Assembly (NCBI GenBank): GCA_964551605.1
Contig: CAZKCV010000002.1
Location: 8,500 to 72,499, forward strand
Source of the DNA: an uncultured Gammaproteobacteria bacterium
GTDB taxonomy: Bacteria; Patescibacteriota; Microgenomatia; Daviesbacterales; UBA10151
DNA: 64,000 bases
Direction of reading: 5' to 3'
Shown: positions 17,033-26,654 of the stretch, piece after piece
How the letters are laid out: each line of letters begins with the position of its first letter
How positions within the stretch are numbered: position 1 is the stretch's first letter
Made by a program: the position numbers and the translations under genes
Notes under the pieces: generated by a model
Database searches by the model: none
Told to the model about the DNA's origin: nothing
What the model saw: only the letters and a program-made list of their open reading frames with translations

Positions 17033-18016
17033 ATGTTTGATTTAATCTCCATTGGTGATGCCAGGATAGATAATTTTGTTCACCTGCCAAAGGCGCATAT
17101 TAGTTGTACCCTCAATAAAGAAAAGTGTGAGATTTGTTTAAATTATGGTGATAAAATTCCGATTGATGATGTTAAATCTTTAACTGCCGGTAATAACAAT
17201 AATAATGCCATTGGGGCAGCCAGGTTAAAGATGAAAACTGCCCTTTTCGGAAACATCGGCGGAGATGCTAATGGCAGGATGATTCTGGAGCATCTGAAAG
17301 AAGAAGGGGTGGATTTAAGGTATATGGTGGTAAATAAAAATATTGCCACTGAACAGTCAATTGTCCTAAATTATCAGGGAGAACGGACAATTTTGGTATA
17401 TCATTATCCCTGGAATTATAACCTGCCGGATTTAGACAGGACTAAGTGGATTTATTTTTCTTCAGTATCTTTTTCGTTTTCTAAAACTCCGTTGGTTTCT
17501 CAAATTGAACACTATATTGAAAGAACCGGAGCGGGTTTAGTTTATACACCGGGAACCCACCAGCTCAATTTCGGGGTCAAAAAATATCCCAAACTGCTTT
17601 CTTTAAGTAAGGTTTTTATTGTCAATAAAGAAGAGGCCAAAAAGGTTTTGGGGATAGATGAGACTAAAAAGGTGGAGATTAAGAAACTGCTTCCCGGTTT
17701 GGCTGATTTAGGCCCCAGGATGGTAATAATTACTGATGGCGGTGAGGGGTCGTTTGGATTTGATGGGGAAAAGTTCTATCAGATAGGTCTGTTTCCGGCA
17801 GAGCTTCTGGAGATGACCGGAGCCGGAGATGCTTATGCTACCGGGTTAATAGCAGGATTATTTCATGGTAAGCAGTTACCGGAAGCAATGAGATGGGGTG
17901 CAGCCAACGGAGCGGCCGTGGTAGAAAAAATCGGCCCTCAGGAAGGGTTATTAACTTTAAATCAAATGGAAGAAAGATTAAAGAAAAACTTTAAAATTGT
18001 AGCAAAGGAAATCTAG
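17033..18016 (+). CDS. PfkB family carbohydrate kinase
   Basis: G..NNAIGAARL, VNKEEA, ITDGGEG and TGAGDAY PfkB signatures. Confidence 0.9.
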   Translation: MFDLISIGDARIDNFVHLPKAHISCTLNKEKCEICLNYGDKIPIDDVKSLTAGNNNNNAIGAARLKMKTALFGNIGGDANGRMILEHLKEEGVDLRYMVVNKNIATEQSIVLNYQGERTILVYHYPWNYNLPDLDRTKWIYFSSVSFSFSKTPLVSQIEHYIERTGAGLVYTPGTHQLNFGVKKYPKLLSLSKVFIVNKEEAKKVLGIDETKKVEIKKLLPGLADLGPRMVIITDGGEGSFGFDGEKFYQIGLFPAELLEMTGAGDAYATGLIAGLFHGKQLPEAMRWGAANGAAVVEKIGPQEGLLTLNQMEERLKKNFKIVAKEI

Positions 18017-19650
18017 TTTTTTACCAAGTGTTTTAGGGAATATTCTAAAGTTGCATCTGTCTTTTTGTGGGGGTTAAAGATATTTTTGGGGTCAAAAATA
18101 TCTTTGACTTCTTTAAATAATTCATAAACCTTTTTGCCGTACATTAGTTCCAGATAAGGTCCTCTCACCATACCGTCATTGTGTTCTGCTGTCATAGAAC
18201 CTTTGTATTCAAATACCAGGTCATAAACCTTTTTGGATAATTCCGGGATAGCCTGAATAACCCGGGGATCGTTCATGTCTACTAAGGGAATAATATGGAA
18301 ATTGCCATTACCAATGTGCCCGGCAATGGTATAAGTCATGAATTTTTTGTAGGGCTTTAAGATATGCTGGAGTTTTGGTAGAAATTCCGGTAAAAAGTGA
18401 GGCTGGACTACTACATCATCAATAAAAGGGGCAGTCCGTTTATTGCCGGCATGATGTCGGAATAGATTAAAACTTTCTCTTCTTACTGTCCAGTATTTTT
18501 TGGCATCATCTTCATTTCTGGTGAGTCTGGATTTAACATGGAAATGTTTAATGGCTTTCTGAGTGGTCAGGCATTTTTTAGTTACTTCTTCTTCGCTGTC
18601 CCCGGTAAACTCAGCCAGTAAAATCAGCTTGGGAAAGCCGTGTTTTATAGTCATGTATGCTTCTGGAATAAAATTCCAGGCTAGAGTGAGCAGGTTTTTC
18701 GGATGGATCACATTAAGGAGTTCTGCCCAGAATTTTACGGCAAAACGGAAAGTCTGGTCATCGTAGCTTTCAAAGCTTTCCGGGGCAAACTTTAAGACTT
18801 CATCGACCATTTCGCCCACATGCTTGAGGCTGTAGAGAAAAATTACCAGCATTTTGGCATGTTTTTTAGGCGGGATCAATTTGAATTTGATTTCCGTAAC
18901 TATGCCAAGGGTGCCTTGGGCCCCACAGATTAGCTTGCTTAAGTCAAAGGTGTGGCCGTCCCAGATTCTCCAAAGTAAATAGCCGGCAGAGTTTTTAGAG
19001 ACTTTTGGCTCGGCATTTTGGATTAATTCCCGGTTTTGGGTAATTAGTTTATACATTCCTCGATAGATCTCGCCTTCAAAATCATCTTGAGCAATCTTTT
19101 TGTCCAATTCCTCTTTATTGAGAGGTTCAAAGGTGTATTCATTACCGTCAGAAAGGATGACTTTGAGGCTTTGAACAAATTTTTCCGTCTGGCCAAAGAC
19201 TAATGTTTTTTCCCCGGCCGAGTTGTTATTGACCATGCCTCCCAAAGTACAGATTTCTCTTGAGGCCGGATAAGTTGGTAACAGCAGGTTATTTTTTAAG
19301 GTTTCCGGTTCAAAATCCCGGTAAAAAACTCCCGGTTGGACTGTTGCCGAGGCCTGATCAATCCTTAAAATCTGATTGAAGTGTTTGGTCATATCCAGAA
19401 TTAATGATTCACTGACAGCAGCCCCGGACATGTCGGTGCCGCCGGAGCGGATGGTTAAGGATAGATGCTGGTCAGGATTATTACTGACAAATTTGATTAA
19501 ATTTTTAATGTCTCCGTTGCTCTTTGGATAAATAACGGCCAGGGGTTGGATTTGAAAAAAGGATGCATCTTTACTGTATTTTTGCAGGGTTAGTTCATCG
19601 TCTATAACTTCTCCCTCTAATACCTTTTGCAGATCGTTTTTTAGGGGCAT
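18013..19650 (-). CDS. FAD-binding oxidoreductase (GlcD/D-lactate dehydrogenase-like)
   Basis: RSGGTDMSG, CTLGGMVNNNSAG, GAQGTLG, GHIGNGNFH, AEHNDG and FDPKNIFNP motifs. Confidence 0.88.
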   Translation of the reverse strand: MPLKNDLQKVLEGEVIDDELTLQKYSKDASFFQIQPLAVIYPKSNGDIKNLIKFVSNNPDQHLSLTIRSGGTDMSGAAVSESLILDMTKHFNQILRIDQASATVQPGVFYRDFEPETLKNNLLLPTYPASREICTLGGMVNNNSAGEKTLVFGQTEKFVQSLKVILSDGNEYTFEPLNKEELDKKIAQDDFEGEIYRGMYKLITQNRELIQNAEPKVSKNSAGYLLWRIWDGHTFDLSKLICGAQGTLGIVTEIKFKLIPPKKHAKMLVIFLYSLKHVGEMVDEVLKFAPESFESYDDQTFRFAVKFWAELLNVIHPKNLLTLAWNFIPEAYMTIKHGFPKLILLAEFTGDSEEEVTKKCLTTQKAIKHFHVKSRLTRNEDDAKKYWTVRRESFNLFRHHAGNKRTAPFIDDVVVQPHFLPEFLPKLQHILKPYKKFMTYTIAGHIGNGNFHIIPLVDMNDPRVIQAIPELSKKVYDLVFEYKGSMTAEHNDGMVRGPYLELMYGKKVYELFKEVKDIFDPKNIFNPHKKTDATLEYSLKHLVKN

Positions 19651-19672
19651 AAGATTATGGTACCATATTTAT

Positions 19673-20614
19673 ATGGATGCACTGCCCGAAATTTTTGACA
19701 CCATCATTATTGGCGGAGGAGCTTCAGGGACTTCAGCTGCAATTTATACTGTCAGGAAAAACCTAAAAGTTTTAATGCTGACTAAAGACCTGGGTGGTCA
19801 GGCAGCTTTGTCCGGAGATGTAGAAAATTACCCGGGCTACAGTATGATTTCCGGTGAAGAGCTGGCCAGAAAATTTAGAGCAGAGCTTTTAAACTTTGAA
19901 GGCCGGGGACTTTGGGTTAAAGACGGGGTGGAAGTTACTGATATATCCGGACAAGTGCCGAATTTTTTAGTTAAGACTTCTAAGGGAGAAGAATTTCACT
20001 CAAAAACCGTAATTATAGCTTCCGGTAGAACCCCCCGGATGCTCGGGATTTCCGGGGAAAAAGAACTTTTAGGCAGGGGTGTCAGCACTTGTGCCACTAA
20101 TAACTCCCCTTTTTTCAAAGATAAAGATGTGGCTGTGGTAGGTGGCGGAAACTGTGCTTTGGATGCGGCATTTTCCCTTATCAAAGTAGCCCGTTCCGTT
20201 ACCATTATCAATATTACAGATTCCCTAAAAGGTGATGAAGTGTTATTGAAGAATGTTACTTCTTCTGAAAAGGTAAAGGTTTTAAATGATCATGAAGCAG
20301 TGGAAGTTTTAGGTGAAGCATCCGTTGGAGGCATTAAAGTCAGAAGTAAATTAACTCAAAAGGAAGAGGTGCTGCCGGTATCCGGGGTATTTATTGAGAT
20401 TGGTTGGATTCCCTCAGCCCCCTTTGATAAGTTAACTGAAAAAAACGAAAAAGGGGAAATTAAAGTTGATCAATTCGGTGCAAGTTCCTTACCCGGTATT
20501 TTTGCCTGCGGAGATATTAATGATCAGGCCGGTGAACAGATTGTAATTGCTGCCGGAGAAGGTGCAAAAACCGGTTTAAAAGTGGCAGAATATATCTCCA
20601 AGCTTCCGGTTTAA
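19673..20614 (+). CDS. Thioredoxin reductase-like flavoprotein with atypical CATN active site
   Basis: GGGASG FAD motif, VENYPG, GRGVSTCATNN, VGGGNCA, GIFACGD; the second Cys of CxxC is missing. Confidence 0.85.
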   Translation: MDALPEIFDTIIIGGGASGTSAAIYTVRKNLKVLMLTKDLGGQAALSGDVENYPGYSMISGEELARKFRAELLNFEGRGLWVKDGVEVTDISGQVPNFLVKTSKGEEFHSKTVIIASGRTPRMLGISGEKELLGRGVSTCATNNSPFFKDKDVAVVGGGNCALDAAFSLIKVARSVTIINITDSLKGDEVLLKNVTSSEKVKVLNDHEAVEVLGEASVGGIKVRSKLTQKEEVLPVSGVFIEIGWIPSAPFDKLTEKNEKGEIKVDQFGASSLPGIFACGDINDQAGEQIVIAAGEGAKTGLKVAEYISKLPV

Positions 20615-21333
20615 CGGACTACCACTCTGGTACCCGGATTTTCCGGGGTAGCCCGGACAGTATTTTGTCCTTCCGGCACCACCGGGCCGGCCCAGGCAAA
20701 AAGCTGGGCAACTGAGGCCAGTGGAGAGTTAACACAGCCGTGGCTCATGGGATGACCGAAATTATTGTGCCAATAAGCCCCATGGATTGCATAACCTCTG
20801 TGGAAAAACATATTATTGGGAACATTAGGAAGGTTGTAGTAAGTGCCCAATTCTTTTGAGCCGCCTTCCATTTTTTGATTGCGGGTTTTATACCAGATGT
20901 TAAAAGAGCCTTTTGGGGTCGGAGACCAGAGGCCGGAAGAGATCGGGAATTCCATTATCAATCTATTTCCTTCCCATGCCCGGAGTTTTTGTTCTTCCAA
21001 AGAAACATCAATCCATTTTTCCTCACCTGCTTCATTGGTAGTACCCAGCACTGCTTCATCTAAATCAGGTTGTTCTGCCATAGCTTGGCTGTAGCTGTAG
21101 GCTAAGGAAGTTTTAGGATAGTCTATGACTTTGTTATTAAAAATAGCCACTGAAGCATCTTCATCAAACTCTCCGTTGGACTTTGCCACTGCTTCGCCGT
21201 TGCAGCATGAGGTAGTAGTATCCCCGGAGATATTTAATTTGTATACAATAGTCCTTTCAATTGATTGGAAATTAAATGAGATAAAAATAATAGCCGATAC
21301 TAAAAGTAAAAGAGGTATAAGACGGTGCAGCAT
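20611..21333 (-). CDS. L,D-transpeptidase (YkuD domain), membrane anchored
   Basis: ISSG..TPKG, AIHGAYWH...SHGCVN catalytic motif; real start likely MLHRLIPLLL at 21333. Confidence 0.88.
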   Translation of the reverse strand: MLHRLIPLLLLVSAIIFISFNFQSIERTIVYKLNISGDTTTSCCNGEAVAKSNGEFDEDASVAIFNNKVIDYPKTSLAYSYSQAMAEQPDLDEAVLGTTNEAGEEKWIDVSLEEQKLRAWEGNRLIMEFPISSGLWSPTPKGSFNIWYKTRNQKMEGGSKELGTYYNLPNVPNNMFFHRGYAIHGAYWHNNFGHPMSHGCVNSPLASVAQLFAWAGPVVPEGQNTVRATPENPGTRVVVR

Positions 21334-21433
21334 AAGATTAGCGTGCCGTCTATCACACTGATTACATTGTGAAGCAGTTTGAATATAGCAGTCAAGAGGG
21401 AACTTGTGATATTTGATATGATTAGAAATCCTG

Positions 21434-22351
21434 ATGAAAAAATTTACTGTTTTGGTAAGTATCTTAATGACTTTAGTGGGAGCCGCAGTTATATATATCC
21501 CCTTCAACAAAAAGCCGCTGCAGTTGGTTTCGCCGCTTATTAAACAGGAAAATATTTTAGGGATAAACCAATGGTTTCCGGGAAATTCGAGAGAAGCAAG
21601 TATTGATGGTTTGCAGATTACTGCTAAAGCAGCCTTATTTGTGGAGACTAAAACAGGACAAGTCTTATTTGCCAAAAACCCTAGAGAAAAATTGCCAATT
21701 GCCTCTTTAGCGAAGGTGATGACTGTCCTAGTGGCACTGGAGAATAAAAAAATGGATGAAAAATACCTGGTTTCAGAGCGGGCAGCAGGAATGGAGCCGG
21801 ATAAAATGCTTCTGATTGCCGGGGAGAAGTTAACCTTAAAAGAACTCCTGGATGGGATTTTCCTGATTTCTGCCAATGATGCGGCAGAAGTTTTAGCAGA
21901 AGAAACTACCGGAGACAGAGATGAATTCTTAAGGCTGATGAATGATAAGGCCAAACAATTAGGGATGAAAGATAGTTATCTTGTAAACCCTACCGGGTTG
22001 GATGAGGATACCGGAAGTTCATATTCAACGGTTTATGATTTGGCTGTCTTAACCAGGTTTCTGATCCGCCGTTTTCCGGAGGTGGTAGAGATATCCAGGC
22101 AGGAACATATCTTCTTACCCCAGACAGAGGAGCATCAGGATTATGATATGTATTCCGGGATTAACCTTTTAACTACTTATCCGGGAGTGGTGGGTTTTAA
22201 AACCGGTTTTACCCCGGAGGCCGGTTTAACTTTAATTACTTTAGCCAGGAAAAATAACCATGAAGTCATAGGGGTACTTCTTGGGTCACAGTCCAGAAGG
22301 GACGAAGCCAGGGAGTTATTGGATTATAGTTTCAAAAAGCTCGGTTTGTAA
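21434..22351 (+). CDS. D-alanyl-D-alanine carboxypeptidase (peptidase S11, Dac family)
   Basis: ASLAK (SxxK), SAN (SxN), NPTGL and KTG motifs; N-terminal anchor. Confidence 0.92.
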   Translation: MKKFTVLVSILMTLVGAAVIYIPFNKKPLQLVSPLIKQENILGINQWFPGNSREASIDGLQITAKAALFVETKTGQVLFAKNPREKLPIASLAKVMTVLVALENKKMDEKYLVSERAAGMEPDKMLLIAGEKLTLKELLDGIFLISANDAAEVLAEETTGDRDEFLRLMNDKAKQLGMKDSYLVNPTGLDEDTGSSYSTVYDLAVLTRFLIRRFPEVVEISRQEHIFLPQTEEHQDYDMYSGINLLTTYPGVVGFKTGFTPEAGLTLITLARKNNHEVIGVLLGSQSRRDEARELLDYSFKKLGL

Positions 22352-22472
22352 CGTTCCACGGCCGTTGCATGTTATGTAAACTGCACCCTACATAAAACTC
22401 CACGATCGTTACAAATAATGTAGGGGAGGTTAGGGATTGGAAATTGTTTTGGGAGAGTAGTATGCTTTAGGT

Positions 22473-22607
22473 ATGATTAAAATGGTAAAGGAAGGCTTTA
22501 GGGTAGTGGCGGAAAGCGGCAGGAATATGGGGACTTATTCAACTAAAGAACAGGCGGAAAAAAGGTTAAGACAAATTGAAATGTTTAAACACATGAAGAA
22601 AAAATGA
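22473..22607 (+). CDS. Small basic protein (44 aa), not in ORF track
   Basis: MIKMVKEGFRVVAESGRNMGTYSTKEQAEKRLRQIEMFKHMKKK; its stop overlaps the next ATG (ATGA). Confidence 0.65.
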   Translation: MIKMVKEGFRVVAESGRNMGTYSTKEQAEKRLRQIEMFKHMKKK

Positions 22608-22864
22608 AAAGATTTTTGGTCACTTTGGGGTTAAGTGTGGTGGTATGGTTGGTAAGTGGTATTGTGCAATTATTGATTCAGAAAGATACTGTTTCTGGTT
22701 TCTTCTCCTTTGGTGGTTCTTGTGAGATAACAGGCTACCCTATTGCTTTGTGTATTTCGAGTCATGATCAAACAAAGTTTATTCTAATTTCAATAACTAA
22801 TATAGTGTTGTGGTTTTGGGTAATTCATCTATTTTGGAATTGGTTTGAGAAGCGTCGTAATTAA
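22604..22864 (+). CDS. Hypothetical 2-TM membrane protein with GYP loop motif
   Basis: Two hydrophobic helices around a C..TGYP..C loop. Confidence 0.65.
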   Translation: MKRFLVTLGLSVVVWLVSGIVQLLIQKDTVSGFFSFGGSCEITGYPIALCISSHDQTKFILISITNIVLWFWVIHLFWNWFEKRRN

Positions 22865-25801
22865 ACAAAGCGAGGCCAGTGTGATTACGCCCCCGGAAAT
22901 CAGCATTAATCCTCCAAGAATTTGATCTACAAAATCTGTTTTAGTGGGAGTTAATTTTTTCTGCTGATCCAGCAAGCCGGAAACATTAATCTCGTCTGAA
23001 ATATGGCCGGGGTTTGGGAAATTAACACCTAAAATGTTGGGGTTGTCGTTCTGAGGAGCTGAAAGTATACTGGTTTGGTTGTCTGAGTTCACCCCGGGGG
23101 TGGGCTTTGACTCCCCCGGGGTGGTTGATGCACTGTTGGTGTTTGAAGTAGTAGAAGATGTAGAGTTAGAAGAGCTGCCGGAAGTAGTTGAAGTTACGGG
23201 AGCAGCTATCTGTATAGTAATAGTTTGCGGTATTTCTTCGTTACCTAAATTATCAATGGCTTTAATTTGTATATTAGTAGTACCTGGAGTAGAAATAGTA
23301 AATGGTTCAGTGTAAGTCAGGACTGTTTGGCCATTATCCAGGCTGTATTCAATTTTTAAGATCCCGGATTCGGCATCACCGCCGCTTAGGGTAATAGCGA
23401 CCGGGCCGGTATAAATTCCGGAAGAATTTTGTGTACCGGAAATTTGGATATTAGTTGCCGGCGGGGTTTGGTCGGTGGCAGGTCCCCCGCTTACTTCACT
23501 GGTCGGATCAATTAAACTGTTTTCCGGTTTTGTATCATCAGGGTAAAAAGTTAAAGATGGGGAGCTGTCAAGCGCCGGATCCAGGTCAAATTCAATTTTA
23601 CCTTTATTATCTAAAGTAATGTCTTTATAAATAGTGGTTTTAGAAATTTTATCTGCCTTGTATGTGCGCTTTTTAATGGTAGTTTTCTTACTGGTAGTGG
23701 CCGGGTTTTTGCGGGTAGCTTTAACTTTGACTTTGGCAGCTCTCTTTTTGACAAAAGCATGTTTGGTATTACCGGAAGTTGTACATGATACATCAGGGAT
23801 ATTTTCTTCCATCTCCCCGTTAGAATTTAATCCGCAGTGGCGATTTTGGTCATCATATAAATCAAGTTCCCCGTCATCTAAGGAAATTTGTTCGCCTTCC
23901 AAATATATTTTTTCCTCTTTTACTTCTACAGGCAGGGAATTGTCATTATCCAGAATTGACCTGACAGTCTGCATAGCAGTGCCGCTACTGGATACTAAGT
24001 CAGAATGTTTTTGCTCTACATAATAAATCTTAAATGCGCCGGAAATATCCAATGAATCGTTTTTAAGCGAGGCACTATATAAGGGGACTGTATCGTCGCC
24101 ATTAATAAATATTTCATCCCTTTTGGGTATTAGATTAACCGGCCAGGTAATCCACCAGGTCTCGTGAATCTGGCCAAGGGTAGGTTGGGCCGTGCCTACT
24201 ATTTCATAAATTGTTGTACCATTTGCCTGATTAAATAAAGAATCAATTAAAGCATGAAAAGATTCTCCGATATCAAATACTGTCATGTTGCTGCCGAGAT
24301 TAGATAGAAGTGTTTTGAGTTGGTTGAAATTTAAATCTCCTACGATATTATTGCTGTCAATATCACGATCATCTTTGTAAGGATAAGGGAGATCTATATC
24401 TGAATTATTGTAGAAGTCGTAATATTTTGCAGAAGGAATTAAGGAATGGTGTGCTGGGAAGTTTTGTAAGACATCTTTAACCTCATTTCCGTTTACACCG
24501 ATATTAATAATTTTAAAATACCATCGACCAACGGGTTCCCCGTAAACTAGAGCTTTAAGTCCACTGGTCGCGCCCAAATGTGGGACTCCTAATTCAATTA
24601 ACAGATTAACTTTAGCTGCTTTATTTGTGTCTGAAATATAATATCTGGCAACAAGGCCTCCCATAGAATGGACTACCAAATTTACCTGGGATTGGCCTGA
24701 AACTGTTTTAGCTGTTTCAATTAAGGCATCCAAACTATCCCTGCTGTTCCTGACATCCTTTCTCCAGTCATATGGGAAAACAAAAAAATTTGTATTTTTA
24801 ACATACCCCATGTCAGTAAAGAATGAATCTATATCCGAATACCCAAAGGAGGTTAAATCTCCGGTTAAGGTTAAATCCGCTTCCGGAGTTTCCCCATCTG
24901 CTTTTAACTTCAAAATATCAAAGTAATCATCATTCCCTAATTCTGCAGCTTTATCCTGATTAACCCAAATTTTTTCATTGCCGGCATAAGCATGGGAATA
25001 GATACCGCTATGCCCGTCATCTTTGGACCAGATAATATCCTGGGTGGCTTTCATTTCTGATCCTCCGATGCCGGGGATAAAAATTACCGGCAACCGGGGC
25101 GGCGGAGCATCATTATTTAGGATAAAAAATAAATCATCAGCAGCAGAAGTGAAAATATTGCAGCTTGAATTGGCGGTTTGTGAATTCCAAACGTAATTTG
25201 CGGGATTACAGGTTCCGTTATCAAATGAGTAACGGCTCCCCCCACCCGTAAACCTGTCAGATCCCCCGTGGCCGCCGTTACCATAAGCAGCAGTAGCAAA
25301 TTTAATTCTTTTTCCGCCGGAAGAAGGCCTATTGGCATTTGTAATCAGTATTAAATACCGGTGCCCGGGGATAAAACTATAATTCCGGCAGCTAAAATCT
25401 ATAGTTACATCCTCAAAGCCGGCAGGGACACCTTCTGTAGTAAAAGTAAGACCTCTTAAGGGATCTAAAGGATTTATGCCGGAAGGGACGCAGCCTAATA
25501 TATTGGAATTACTATTATCTTTATCATAAATACGGGCATTTTCAGCCGTAAAATCAAACTGGTTTAAGTTAGTAGAGGTAGTAGCAACCCGGAAAGTAAA
25601 AGACTCTGCAGTGCCGGATAAATTAGTTCCCAGTTCCTGGATAATCCGCCAGCTGTTTAGCTCGTCACTCCAGGCGCCGGTTTGCTCTGCAATGGAAACT
25701 GCCTGAGCTTGCGGGACAAAAGCCATGAGAAGCCACGTTATAAGGATAGGCCCTATCAACAGGCAAAACGGCAGTTTAGTATTCACTTTTAATTTAAGCA
25801 A
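22829..25801 (-). CDS. Large surface-anchored alpha/beta hydrolase (LCAT/PGAP1-like lipase/acyltransferase) with Ig-like domain and C-terminal TM
   Basis: Signal peptide; IFIPGIGGS oxyanion loop, YDWR, VHSMGG nucleophile elbow, GDDTVP, QKH; D.TPP.T...SGI..IEYSLD...AIDNLGN.E Ig-like module; Ser/Thr linker; TM. Exact start uncertain. Confidence 0.82.
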   Translation of the reverse strand: MLKLKVNTKLPFCLLIGPILITWLLMAFVPQAQAVSIAEQTGAWSDELNSWRIIQELGTNLSGTAESFTFRVATTSTNLNQFDFTAENARIYDKDNSNSNILGCVPSGINPLDPLRGLTFTTEGVPAGFEDVTIDFSCRNYSFIPGHRYLILITNANRPSSGGKRIKFATAAYGNGGHGGSDRFTGGGSRYSFDNGTCNPANYVWNSQTANSSCNIFTSAADDLFFILNNDAPPPRLPVIFIPGIGGSEMKATQDIIWSKDDGHSGIYSHAYAGNEKIWVNQDKAAELGNDDYFDILKLKADGETPEADLTLTGDLTSFGYSDIDSFFTDMGYVKNTNFFVFPYDWRKDVRNSRDSLDALIETAKTVSGQSQVNLVVHSMGGLVARYYISDTNKAAKVNLLIELGVPHLGATSGLKALVYGEPVGRWYFKIINIGVNGNEVKDVLQNFPAHHSLIPSAKYYDFYNNSDIDLPYPYKDDRDIDSNNIVGDLNFNQLKTLLSNLGSNMTVFDIGESFHALIDSLFNQANGTTIYEIVGTAQPTLGQIHETWWITWPVNLIPKRDEIFINGDDTVPLYSASLKNDSLDISGAFKIYYVEQKHSDLVSSSGTAMQTVRSILDNDNSLPVEVKEEKIYLEGEQISLDDGELDLYDDQNRHCGLNSNGEMEENIPDVSCTTSGNTKHAFVKKRAAKVKVKATRKNPATTSKKTTIKKRTYKADKISKTTIYKDITLDNKGKIEFDLDPALDSSPSLTFYPDDTKPENSLIDPTSEVSGGPATDQTPPATNIQISGTQNSSGIYTGPVAITLSGGDAESGILKIEYSLDNGQTVLTYTEPFTISTPGTTNIQIKAIDNLGNEEIPQTITIQIAAPVTSTTSGSSSNSTSSTTSNTNSASTTPGESKPTPGVNSDNQTSILSAPQNDNPNILGVNFPNPGHISDEINVSGLLDQQKKLTPTKTDFVDQILGGLMLISGGVITLASLCLITTLLKPIPK

Positions 25802-25920
25802 ATTGTTGATCGTGAAAAAGGGTAATGCAATATATCTTTAAGATGATTAAAGGTAACAAACAAATACAGTTCCAGAGGTGTTGCAAAACGAGTTCCCGAA
25901 GTGGTATATACTTTGGACAG

Positions 25921-26601
25921 ATGTTTACCAACCAGAAAGTTCTAGGGATGATTCTGATTACCTTTATTATCGGAGCCGGGATCTATTTTACTGTTGCCAA
26001 ATTTAAGCAGGATTTAAGCGAGGTTAAAGCTTCACCTTCACCTTCTCCTACTCCTTTGGATTTTTCTTTAACTAAATCGCCGCAGCCGGGAACAGGGCAA
26101 GGAGAACCGCAGGAGCTGCCGCTTTCCCGGGATAAAAAGTTATCCCAATTTCCCGGTATTTTAAAGCCGGAAGATTTACAGAACAAGAAAGCCCTGATCC
26201 AAACCTCCAAAGGCCTCATCCAGCTTAAGATTTATCCCGAAGCTTCCATGGCAGCTTCCAATTTCATAATTTTATCTGCTAATGGGTTTTATGACGGTTT
26301 GACTTTCCACCGGATAGAGGATTGGGTAGTCCAGGGCGGTGATCCGGAAGGTACCGGCAGGGGAGGCCCGGGGGATCAATTCCCTGATGAGTCGGTAACT
26401 AGGTCGTATGTAAGGGGGATTGTAGCCATGGCCAATTCCGGCCCGGATACCAACGGCAGCCAATTTTTTATTCTTAAGAAAGATACCCCCCTGCCACCTA
26501 ACTACACTATCTTTGGCCAAGTCATCTCCGGCCAGGAGGTAGTGGATAAAATCACTGTGGGCGATGTTATGCAGAAAGTAATCATCCAACCTGTCCGGTA
26601 A
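25921..26601 (+). CDS. Cyclophilin-type peptidyl-prolyl cis-trans isomerase, membrane anchored
   Basis: FYDGLTFHR, QGGDP.GTG.GGPG, MANSGPDTNGSQFFI, YTIFGQV; likely start ATG 25921. Confidence 0.92.
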   Translation: MFTNQKVLGMILITFIIGAGIYFTVAKFKQDLSEVKASPSPSPTPLDFSLTKSPQPGTGQGEPQELPLSRDKKLSQFPGILKPEDLQNKKALIQTSKGLIQLKIYPEASMAASNFIILSANGFYDGLTFHRIEDWVVQGGDPEGTGRGGPGDQFPDESVTRSYVRGIVAMANSGPDTNGSQFFILKKDTPLPPNYTIFGQVISGQEVVDKITVGDVMQKVIIQPVR

Positions 26602-26654
26602 TTTTAGGTCTTGACAGCCTTGCTCTGCCAGTTGATAGAATAGGTTTCCCTATT

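Noticed and set aside
21334-21954. N-terminal 207 aa of the 447-aa minus ORF
   Set aside because: Antisense to the carboxypeptidase gene; the L,D-transpeptidase plausibly starts at 21333 with a signal anchor.
22355-22422. DGR template/variable repeat pair (5 of 6 mismatches fall on A in the second copy)
   Set aside because: Only 24 nt, intergenic, no reverse transcriptase in the window; the A bias is plausible by chance in AT-rich DNA.
26602-26654. Cobalamin riboswitch or NrdR box upstream of nrdJ
   Set aside because: The gap is only 53 bp and I see neither a B12 box nor a convincing NrdR dyad.
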